DNA of 64,000 nucleotides, from the NCBI RefSeq assembly GCF_036321535.1, contig NC_087443.1, positions 68,076,001-68,140,000 of the forward strand, written 5' to 3'. Shown piece by piece: positions 23,826 to 34,388 of the stretch. The translations under genes were made by a program, and so were the position numbers. The DNA comes from Camelus dromedarius (Eukaryota). Positions within the stretch are counted from its first letter, which is position 1. Each line of letters opens with the position of its first letter. The notes beneath the pieces are model-generated. The model saw nothing but the letters and a program-made list of their open reading frames with translations, had not been told where the DNA came from and did no database searches.

Positions 23826-25379
23826 ATTTCCAAAGCCTTAACTCCCTGGCTCTTCCAACCTGCTCTGCTAATGGGCAGAACACGACCTGGTGGCCAGAGA
23901 AGCCCTCAGACAGAGTTGCATGAGCTTGTGATAGGAAGTCATTGATGCCCAGGGAAGTGGTAGGGGCTGGGGGATTAGGGTGGGGCACCAGTGCTGTTTG
24001 CCTCCAAAGCCTTTGCTCTTTCTGCCGTGGTCCCCAGGGTCTCACACCAACTGAAGGGACAGGCTTGTCACCTAATGCCCACCCCACTACCTGTCCTGCA
24101 ACCAGTTGTTACAGAAATCCTGTGCTATTTGTAAGATTTCCTGAAGTCTAAAGGCTTTGAGATCAAGTCCAGAACGTTCTTCCCTTGGATGCTTCTGCAG
24201 TGTGTGTTTTCATGTGACGGGTTCTGTGTGACCCAGTGACACGCATCATACTTGAAATATTTCCACTGCTGACAAAATAAATCAGCTCTCCCCGCCGCAG
24301 CGCTCAGCTCATTAGGGGAAAATGGAAAAGGGGCATTAAATATTAATGCTGCATATTTTCCTCTCCCTTGGTGCCTTCTGTGCGGCTGATCACTGCCCAG
24401 CCAGAGCAGCCTTTTGTCTTTTTTCTCCTGATGACGATAGGGGACAGAAGAGATCTTTGACAAGGCAGTGAGGGACCAGAGCGTACAGTGGGGCTCCAAC
24501 TGGCTTTTTACGTTCCTCCTTGGGAGCATGCGTGTCTCTATCAGATGCCAAGGATTAGCGCATCCTGAGACTTCGTCTTGCCCCTCTGCTAGTTTGGCTT
24601 GGAGGTATTCCCAGTAAGCGGAGAGGGCAGTTTCTTGGAGGAAAGGTGGTTTCAGAGGAGGCAGTTTGGGAGAAATGAACCTCGGAGAAGTGGTTGATAA
24701 GTCCTGAGCTGACAGACAGAGGCGCCCAGTGCCCTTGCCTCTGGGTTTGTTCATTTTCAGCAAACATTCGATAATGTTAGGCCAGGCCATGGAGGTGTGT
24801 GTGGACAAGTTTTAGGCCTTGGAAAGAAATTCTCCCAGAGATGTTGGGGTTTCATTTGGCTAATTTGTGGAACACTCTGCACAAAAATCAAAAACTAATC
24901 CCTAAGAAATTCTCCTTTAGAATGCTGGGAAAGTGTATTTCTTAGTGGTTTTTTTTTCAATTAATTTTTCATTACACAAGTAAGGCATTAATCCAATTTT
25001 GTAAAAATTAAATCATTACACATAAGGCTGGAGTGGCTTTTCCACTCTCTTCCCGGGTCCTGACACTCTGCTGCCCCCTCGGAAGAAAGTTCTGGAAGGA
25101 CCACTGCAAATGACCGTGGGGAGGGCCGCTGAGGTTTCTGTGTTTGTTTGTTTGTGAGGTAACAGGCTTTGTCCCTGGTGCTTCACATCCGCCACTTCCC
25201 TGTGTCCCATTGCCATTTATGGCTGAGGATCTTGGACTGAGAGAGTTCGTGTCCTTTGTCAACAGTCCCATAGCCAGTCCAGGTGAGAGGCAGGATTCGA
25301 ACCCAGGGCTGACTCCCAAGGGCATGGATGATAAGCCCAAACGTGCAATGTGCCCCTGAGGGAGCACCTTCCCTAATTT

Positions 25380-25990
25380 TGCTTAACTGGCGGCCCTCGT
25401 CTGAGAAAACCCGAGTCTGCATCCACGGAGGCGTCACCAGGGCCGCGCCGTCGGGGCGAGGCCCCTCTGCAGCCCTTTGCCGGGCGCTGGGAGAGCTACG
25501 ACCTGGAGGGGCTGGGGGGCTGGGGGGCTGGGGGGTGGGCTGGGGGAGGCTGCCTCTCGGGCGGGCGTGGGCCTCGGGGGACCCCGGCGGAGCCGTCAGC
25601 GATTTAGGTTAAATGAGCGTCCAGAGGCCGGCCCCGAGGAGAGATCATGGGAAGGTATTACCCACGGCTGTTTACAAGTTAGAGTGAGGACGTCCTTAGT
25701 GACTTTCTCGAGGAGGGAAGACACGTCCCTTGAGGGAAAATTAGGCAAATCGTGTGCCTGTTTGGGCCACGCAAGCTCAAATCCCCACCAGGGAGATTAA
25801 CTTGTCACCGGCTTGGCTGTCACTTGCGCTCTTTTTGTGGCCTCCCGGGTTTCAGCGTCATCGCAGCCGCCAAGGAGATGCGGAGGGACAAGCTCTCTGG
25901 CTCCGCACCAGCTCGGGGGGACCGGGGCTTCACGGACTGCCGGGCGGGCTGTTCCCACAAAGGATAGTAATAACTGCCCCCCTCCTGCAC
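25380..25990. promoter_or_regulatory. Small CpG-island-like element (orphan CGI / enhancer / possible alternative promoter)
   Basis: About 25 CpGs in 25381-25680 by hand count, very GC-rich, FOX motif TGTTTAC (25669), TGTCA motifs near 25802-25818. Confidence 0.6.
25508..25546 (+). other. G-quadruplex-forming sequence
   Basis: Six G-tracts (4,6,6,6,3,5 G) separated by 1-2 nt loops (CT/T). Confidence 0.8.
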
Positions 25991-26644
25991 CTGTCAAAGC
26001 CTCCCTCACCCTTTAGGGCCCAGAGGCTCCCCTCCCCTGAGCTGCTCGCTATCACACCCGCTTCTCCTGATCAGAATGAAGTCCTGTGACAGAGCGTGAG
26101 ATTCCCTGGCTCCAGGAGGATTGCAGACCGTCCTGGAAAATACAGTTCGTGGTCAAATAAATGTGGAAAATGCTCTTGCCAGTGCCCTGCCACAGGACTT
26201 CTCAGGGCTTTCAATGGGCTAATGTGCTGAATAACTCTCCTAGAGGGGGCTGACATCACTGCCCCCAAATCTTTGATGATGGAACCCTTTTCAGCATACA
26301 GCATCTGTTTGCAGAGAGTGGTGGCCCATTTCTCACCTGGTAAGGCCCACTGGCATGGAGGGGAAAAGAGAACCCTAGAGCAGAGGAGATCTGGGGGAGC
26401 GCGTCTTCCTTCCCTGACTGCTGCACATCTGCCGCCCTCTGGACTTCTGCTTCCCCATCTCAAAGCACAGAGGACAGAACATCCTCCAGGACTTGTTGAG
26501 AAGATTAAATGGGCTCTGGTTCTCCGTGCCCAGTGGGAGCGTGTGCAATGTTGCACTCTTTCCCCTCCCTCCTGACCACAGTGCTGTACTCCGAGGGAGC
26601 CTCTGGGGGCTGACCTGCACTGGTGCTATTTTTGTATGCATTTG

Positions 26645-26765
26645 CCCTCCCCCACAAGGTTGTGAGCTCCTTGAGGGCAGAGGCTGTGTCTTGTTCCTTT
26701 AGCCCCTTTATGTCTCAGCAAGGTGCCTGACTCCTAGAAGGTGCTGACACATGGTCATTATGTTC
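26645..26765 (+). mobile_element. L2 3' end
   Basis: 'tgtgagctccttgagggcagaggctgtgtcttgttc...gtgcctgac'. Confidence 0.6.
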
Positions 26766-26934
26766 GTGTTGAAAGCTGTCACTTTTTCAATTATGTGGAA
26801 TCACAAATCTGTGGACCTCCTGGAAAGTTTTCAGGGTAGGGTGGGGCCTATAGATGAAATAATTAACCTGAGGAGAAGTGAGTCCTCTTTTATTTTTAAA
26901 TACACTGAAAGTTTGCTATGCATAAATTTTAAAC

Positions 26935-27318
26935 ATCGTTTTTTTCCTATAAAAGTAAGAGCTGCTCATTGTAGAAAGTTTGGAAAATATAGAAAAGCAT
27001 AAAGAAGAAAATTAAAATTACCCATAATCCCAACCACTGCTATTATTTTGATACATATCTCCTCAGCCTTTTGCCATTGACTTTGTGTGTATGATAAATT
27101 ATGTAAAAACAAAAAATGGATCATTTTGTTCAAACTAATTTATAACCTGGTTTTTTCACTTAACAATGTATAAATATTCTTTGACATCACTTTAAATGGC
27201 TGCCACATATTCTGTTATGTGGACATAACATGATTTACTTAATTAGCCCTTTATTTTGGTTGTTTCCATTCTCTCCATCTGTTGTAAACAATGAAGCAAT
27301 GAACATCCATGTAGAAAT
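26935..27318 (-). mobile_element. L1ME/MC-like 3' fragment
   Basis: 'gctcattgtagaaagtttggaaaatatagaaaagc', 'ttttttcacttaacaatg', 'gcaatgaacatccatg'. Confidence 0.75.
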
Positions 27319-29060
27319 CCTTATCAAAATATCAATAGCATTTGCCACAGAACTGGAACAAAATAGTTAAAATTTGTACAGAAATGCAAAGACCTTGAAT
27401 AGCCAAAACAATCTGGAGAAACAAGAACAAAGTTGGATGCACCATGTGCCCTGATTTTAAACTATACCACAAAGCTACAGTAATCAAAACAGTATGGTAC
27501 TAGCACAAAAACAGACTCAAAAATCAATGGAACAGAATGAAAAGCCCAGAAATAAACCTGTGCACATACGATCAATTAATCTATGACAAAGGAGGCAAGA
27601 ATATATGATGGGGAAAAGACAGCTTCTTCAATGAATGGTGTTGGGAAAACTGGACAGCTACATGCAAAAGAATCAAAGTAGACCACTTTCTAACATATAT
27701 ATATATGTTAGAAAGTTATATATATAACCAAACTCAAAATGGATTAAATAATCAAATCTAAGACCTGAAGCCATAAAACTCCTAGAAGAAAACAGGCAGT
27801 GTGCTCTTTCACAATGACTTTAGCAATAAATTTTTGGATCTGTCTCCTCAGGCAAGTGCAGCAAAAGCAAAAATAAAAAATAGGACTACATCAAATTAAG
27901 AAGCTTTTGCTTAGTCAAGAAAACCATTAACAAATGAAAAGACAACCTACGAAATGGGAGAGGATATTTTCAAATGATAAATCTGGTCAGAGGTCAATGT
28001 CCAAAATATACAAAGAACTCACATAACTCAGTATAAAAAAATCTGATTAAAAAATGGGCAGAGGATCTAAATAGACATTTCTTCAAGAAGNNNNNNNNNN
28101 NNNNNNNNNNNNNNNNNNNNNNNNNNNNNNNNNNNNNNNNNNNNNNNNNNNNNNNNNNNNNNNNNNNNNNNNNNNNNNNNNNNNNNNNNNNNNNNNNNNN
28201 NNNNNNNNNNNNNNNNNNNNNNNNNTAGCGAGAATGTGGAGAAAAGGGAACCCTTGTGTACTCTTGATGGGAATATAAATTGGTACAGTCACTTATGGAA
28301 AAAAGTGTGGCAGTCCCTCTAAAAATTAAAAATAGAACTACCAGACGATCCAGTAATTCCACTTTTAGATATTTACCTGAAGAAAACAAAAACATTAATT
28401 TGAAAAGANNNNNNNNNNNNNNNNNNNNNNNNNNNNNNNNNNNNNNNNNNNNNNNNNNNNNNNNNNNNNNNNNNNNNNNNNNNNNNNNNNNNNNNNNNNN
28501 NNNNNNNNNNNNNNNNNNNNNNNNNNNNNNNNNNNNNNNNNNNNNNNNNNNNNNCTACAAAAAGGAATGAAATCTTGCCATTTGCTACAACATGGATGGA
28601 TCCAGAGGGCATTAGGCTAAGTGAAATAAGTCAGAAAGAGGAAGACAAATACCATATGATTTTAGTTATATGTGGAATCTAAAAAACAAATCAAAACAAA
28701 CAAATAAACCAACAAAACAAAACAGAAACAGGTGTATAGATACAGAGAACAAACTAGTGGTTGCCAGAGGGGATAGGGGTGGAGGATTTGGCGAAATAGG
28801 TGAAGAGGGGATTAAGAGGTACAAACTTTCAGTTATAAAGTAAATAAGTCATAGGGATGTAATGGACAGCATAGGAAATACAGTCGATAATATTGCCATA
28901 CTTTGTATGGCGACAGATGGTTACTAGACTTACCATGGTGAATGATCTGCGATGTATAAATGCTGAGTCACTATGTTATACATCTGAAACTAATATAATA
29001 TTATATGTCAACTGTATTTCAATGCTTAAAAAAAAACCTTAAAAAAACTTTTAAAAAAGA
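27319..29060 (+). mobile_element. 5'-truncated L1 (~1.75 kb; ORF2 3' part plus 3' UTR, L1MA9-related Laurasiatherian type), decayed
   Basis: Classic ORF2 sequence 'aaagctacagtaatcaaaacagtatggtact', 'ggtgttgggaaaactggacagctacatgc'; 3' UTR ending 'gaaactaatataatattatatgtcaac' with a broken A tail; frameshifted; two N gaps. Confidence 0.95.
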
Positions 29061-31243
29061 TGGCTATATTGTCTCAGTTGCCTGTCCCAGCAGCTCTTCC
29101 TTGTCTATTTTCCTTTTAAATGATGGTGTTCCCTGGGCTCTCTTTTGTTTCTATTCTGCTCTCTCTTCGGTTGAGAATTAGCACTCAACCGGTTGCGTTG
29201 AGTACCACCCCCGCCCCCATGCCAGTTTCATACGTAATCTGTGTATACAAAACATCTGTGAATTTCACATTATTATTTGGGACCCAATAATATCCTAGTT
29301 TAGAAGCTCATGTAAACTTTTATCCAAAGCCATCAAACAACTTTTAAAACAAATGTTAACCTTTCCCCTTGCAAAATTCAAACATAATAAAACTTTTATT
29401 TGCCCTCAAAAATCAAAATTTCCATTTAAACTTACTCTCCCATTCCCTGCCCACTAACTTACCTCCCACACTCCCTAGCAGAAGTCTCTCTATGTAGGTA
29501 ATTTCAGATAATTTCATAGGATTTAAATTTAACAGGAAAAAAATGAGTCCCATTCCTCCTGCCCAAATTGTGTTTCCAGGTCTGAGGGTGTATCAGCCTC
29601 GTCTTCCAAATCACGGATCATCCTCCAAAGTATTTAACTACAATCAATTTTTGAATTTTGAAATATGAGTTGATTTTCCTTACTTCCCCAAAGAAACAAG
29701 AAACAAAACAGAGCATACACACGCATATTCCAGGGGAGCTGGCGCTCCTTACTGTGAGCCACTTATCGTGATCCAAAAGATTTACTCAGAGGCATCATTA
29801 ATTGGAACTTATTTCAGTGGAAGTTATTTCCCTTCATCTCATTACAGAAACAAAAGAAGATTATAGGCCAGGGATCCATGAGGTTTCAAGAGAGTCTACT
29901 GATGAATGAAGTTGGAAGCAGTTGACACACGGTCAGAGATGGTTAACATCCAGAAATTCTTACAAAGAAACAGCAATTCTTTTCCATTAATCCCGCCTTG
30001 CCTCTTTGATCTTGAATGGTACCTCGGCTGCAAGTGAAGTGCAGACCTACCCAAGCATTAAAGGACCCCAAAGACCTTGCCTTGGAGAAGGGTTCTTCGA
30101 GAACTTGGAAGATTAAAAAATAACAATGATAATAAAAACAAATAAACAACAATTGAAAAAAAACAAAACATGTGAACATCAGAGAACTTGGTAGGAAGAT
30201 TTTTAAGCTGTTAGATCATAAATCTGCCATTAGGACAAGCACATCTACATTAATAGGGAAGTGGATCAAGTAGGGCTTGGAGACCTTGGGTCACAGGTGC
30301 CTCTTCCTGTAAGATGGAGCAATTAGATGAAAGAGAGACTTGGAGAGGGTTGCAATTTGGGAGACACTTGAAGGATTTTTTTTAGCAGTTGACCTACTGA
30401 TTTTTCTTTTGTCCTCTTTTTGTTTTTCCTATAGTTCTTAGAGCTTCTGTTAGGCTCTCAGAACTCCAGGAAGGAAGCGTGTGAAAGTTTAAGAGCCCCA
30501 ACATTTGTGGCGACTATTTGAGATGCCAGAAAATGAGAAGGGGCTCAGGGCACATGTGCTCTCCGTTCTGTATCCTCTTCTGACCCAACAGACTGAGCCC
30601 CAGATCTTTAAACATTCTTTTAATTCTGGAAGTGGCCTGAGGCCATTAAACATTCCTTTAATTCTGGGAATGGGGGAAGAGGGGTGAATGTGGCTGTAGA
30701 GTGAGGGTGTTATCACCCAGCATGGCTGGTGGTCAGGCTTCGTGCTCAGAATTGCCCAATTAAAGAAATAAAAATGTAAGCTCTGTCGGGAAAAAATGCA
30801 AATAAGGTGGCTTGGGGTTAAGATCTTGAGTGGTTTTGTGGTTAAAATTGTGCTCTTGTTTATGGGGGAAATGGATTTTTAAAAAAATCTATATACAGTT
30901 GGGTAAATTAGGCAACCGTCTATTATGTAATTGAGTAACAACATAATCCATCATCATGGCGAGGCAGGCTAGAGCCGCTGCAAATTTAGGGGACTTGTGC
31001 TTTTTCATTCTTCCTACTTTAGCTCTTAAAAAAGCAAGAGTTTTGGGGAGTTAAACCCCTCTCTTTACTTTCAGAGGGTGATAGCTAACAGTGCTTTCTT
31101 GCTTTCTGGAAGTCTTGGGAGATGGGGTGAGGCTGCAGGAGCTCGGGCAGGACCAGGGAGTGTGTGTGTCTGTGTCTGTGTCTGTGTGTATCCTTGCATG
31201 TGCATGCAGTCAGGCACATCTTAAAACCTATTTATAGCGGATG

Positions 31244-31660
31244 TAGAGGGTGCTAGGGTGCACCCCCCGGATTCCTCTTTAGAACTGAGGTGCTTATCAC
31301 TCAGCTGAGGGCAGTGCTGGTTATTGGAGGTTCATAGGCAGGAGCTGCCCTCAGCCAAAGGCAGCTGCTTGTTTGACTGTATGCCCCATCTCTGTGGTAT
31401 CCTGGTTTGATGACTGGTCCATGTCGGGTACGAAACCTTAGCCCCCTGCGTGGATTCAGGACAACACTGGGGGCCGTCCCGGCTCATGCGATCAGCAGAG
31501 GCCTCTGTTGTGACTGCACAGCCGCCCAACCTCTCCCTCTGCCCAGTCCCGCCTCCCTCCCCACCTCCCGGTGTGGACGGGGGAGCATGCCCCAGTAAAC
31601 CTCTCACACGCAAATCTCGGGGTCTAGGTCTGTTGTCCAGGGAAACTGCCCACTGACCCA
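31244..31660 (+). mobile_element. ERVL solo LTR (LTR16-like)
   Basis: 'gaggcctctgttgtgactgca', 'ctctccctctgcccagtcc', 'agtaaacctctcacacgcaaatctc...cagggaaac'. Confidence 0.7.
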
Positions 31661-31959
31661 ATGTCTTCTCCTTTTGATTTCAAGTGGGTGGAAAATGAGA
31701 ATCAGCCAGTGTGCTGCGGATATACTGTTGTGTCAACACAAAGGTGGCTTGATTCCACAGTCAGTGATGCTTCTGGAAACAGGGCTGTTTCCTTAGGACC
31801 CTGAGATTGCTGACTGCCGCAGAATGGCTTCACAGGGTTTGGGACGTTGGGACATTTCCTTTTGTATGGCCCATTATCAAATTCCACCTTTTTGGGACTC
31901 ATTTCTCTTCACCTGAGGGCTTTTTGATTTGCCAGAGACTCCTGTTGCAGAGCTCTTAA

Positions 31960-32650
31960 AGATGCAGTGTGGTTCTGGGGAGAGACCCAGGTTCAAGGCC
32001 CAGCTCTGCCACTTACCAGCTGTGTGATCTTGGAAATGACAGAACACCTGTCTGGGCCTCGGGAGGTGGGGCTTCAGGGGTGAGGGCTGCCCACTTTAAG
32101 GAGCAGGTGTGAAGTCTGAGGAACCCCGGGAAGGGCTGTAGGAGAAGCCCAGGCTGGGCGGGGAGGACAAGGCCTCAACACACATGTCAGTTAGCATCTT
32201 ACCTGGACCTTAACAGCCAGGCCCAGCCAGGCCCTGCCAGCAAAGGGCTGGGAAGAGAGCTTATGAGGGGCCCTGGGTAGAACCTCTGATTTAGGGACCA
32301 GACAGAATTGAGTTCAAATCTCACCTTATCATCCATTTGGGCAAATTACTTAGCCTCCTTTGATTTGGTTTTCTTATCCATATATTAGTATAACTGTATT
32401 ATGGGGTTGTTGGTGAAGAGAAAATGAAGGAATTTAGACAAAGTGTCCGGAGCATAGTTCATGACCTCAGTCAATGCTGGCGTTTTTATTAGTGGCAGAG
32501 TGGAGTGGACCCGCAGCTCTGTTACTTACCAAGTGACTTCAGGTTGAGCCTCAGCTTGCTTATCTGTAAAGTGCAGCAATGCCCCCTGTTTTATGTGGTG
32601 ATTTTGGAGGCTAACAGGAATGTATATGAACGGATTCAGCTATTATTATT
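31960..32650 (+). mobile_element. Three MIR fragments in series (~31960-32060, 32290-32490, 32510-32650)
   Basis: 'ccagctctgccacttaccagctgtgtgatcttgg', 'ttgggcaaattacttagcc', 'cctcagcttgcttatctgtaaagtg'. Confidence 0.65.
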
Positions 32651-33289
32651 AATGTTGTTATTTTGAGGAAGTTTATCTTTGACCGAGGGCCCGATAAATA
32701 GCAGCAAAACAATGGGCCAATGGAGAAGTTAAGTGGGTCATTACGTAGAGAGCGCTCCTGACGGAACGGGTCCCAGCTTTCTCACTGATGGTGGCAAGCT
32801 CCCCAGTGACTTCGCCTGCCAAGTTATTTGTTTCCTAGCAGGGAAATAATACATGGAACTTGGCCACCTTAGGCTGGAGTCTCGCTGTTTTCTGGGAATC
32901 ACCTGATGTCAGGATTTGCAAGCTGAGTGCCTGGTCCAGGACAGGGAGCTCTGCCAGGCCACAGACAATGGCTCCTTTGGTCACTCAGCTGGCAATGGCC
33001 ACTGCCTTCACCAGGTGTCTATGTAGGGGCTTTCAGGCATCATGTGACCATTCCTACTTAGATCTTCAGATAGAGTCTTGGGCCATTTCTGGGCATTGTG
33101 TCCCATCCACAACTTGGCGGGGATATAAGAAAAATTACACTTTTAATACAAAAATACCCGGACAGGCCCACTTAATAACAAAGAAATCTGCCTTACCCCA
33201 AGGGAGGAAGCAGGCGTTGTGGTCCACAGAAGGAGCGCTGGGCTAGGGGTCTGGCAGCCAGTCTCCGCTCTCTATAGAGACTTGGCCCA

Positions 33290-33790
33290 GGGATTACCGG
33301 TTGCAAAGAAAAGAAGCTCCTTCAGTTAAGTTCAGATAGAAAACAGTAGTCTCATTGCAAATATTCAGGGGTAGCTCCTGGGACCCCGTTGTAGGAAGTT
33401 CGGCTTGACCTCACAGCAAGTGCAGAGTCACTGCCTGTCTCTGGCACCCAAGGAAGCCTGTTTCCACAGCTCCCCGGACATTTGCTCCACTCTCCCCCCC
33501 GCGGGTGACTTTCCCTCCCAGGCCTGCTTTCTGCGCCTCCTTGCTTCGCCTGCCCATGGCTTTAGCTGACCTTGGCAATGATTCCAGACTTGACAGTCTC
33601 GACTCCTCACAGCTCATGGACACAGTGGAGATCGATGATCACTCTGTTTAAATATGGAGGAGAGAGACTTTGAATGGCTTAACTTGGATCAGGTAATAGC
33701 TCCTGATCCAATCAGCTGTGATCAGGGGAAATGGTCCCATGAGGCCACGGGCCATTCTTCCTGAAGCTGTGGACAGGCAGGCTCTCTAGG
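33290..33790 (-). mobile_element. Old MaLR LTR remnants (MLT1L/M-like)
   Basis: 'ggttgcaaagaaaagaagctccttcagttaag' and 'ggatcaggtaatagctcctgatccaatcagctgtg'. Confidence 0.45.
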
Positions 33791-34302
33791 TATTGGATGT
33801 AGCAAACAAATCATGGACATTTGGAAAAATTGGTTCAACTTTCTGAATCTTATTGTCCTCAACTGTAAAATAATAATAGTTATTAGTATATTAGCCATTG
33901 AGTCAGACTAAATCATTTTACACATGGAACCCAGTTGATGTCCCCTCTTCTGCACCAGCTCTTGTACCTGATCAGTCATCTGTGGCCACACAGCAATCAT
34001 CCAAACCCACATCTCATAGGATAAAGGAAGTCCATTCTTCAAGGAATTTGCCTTCTCTCGGGGTATTTCTGGGAACCCTGCGGAATGTGTGTACGATCCA
34101 CGAGTCTACCCAGGTGGTGGCGTGCCATGCCTCCCAGCATCCTTGCTCTGCACCATTGCTCCTCTTCAGCTCAGCTGGCATCTCTGGTAGCCTGGTTCCC
34201 AGGCTGTTGACTGTCACCCTTGTACATCTTCACCCCCAACATGGATGCGAGCTCCTTCCTTCAGTCCCCAAAGCACAGCTACAGAGGATGGAAATGGTAT
34301 AA

Positions 34303-34388
34303 TTCCACCCCCAGCTTTATTAACTTATAACTGACACATAAAAATTGTATATATATTTAAGTTGTACAGTATGATTTTTTTTTTAAAG
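34303..34388 (-). mobile_element. Very short L1 3'-end fragment between 14-bp direct repeats
   Basis: 'cagctttattaacttataactgacacataaaaattgtatatatatttaagttgtacag', flanked by tggaaatggtataa at 34289 and 34389. Confidence 0.65.

Noticed and set aside
24125-24808. Longest ORF (227 aa, minus strand)
   Set aside because: No recognisable domain and no exon or promoter context; a frame of this length can occur by chance among six frames of 64 kb.
27319-29060. L1 as an active or intact retrotransposon
   Set aside because: 5'-truncated, frameshifted, lacks ORF1 and the endonuclease/RT start; a fossil.
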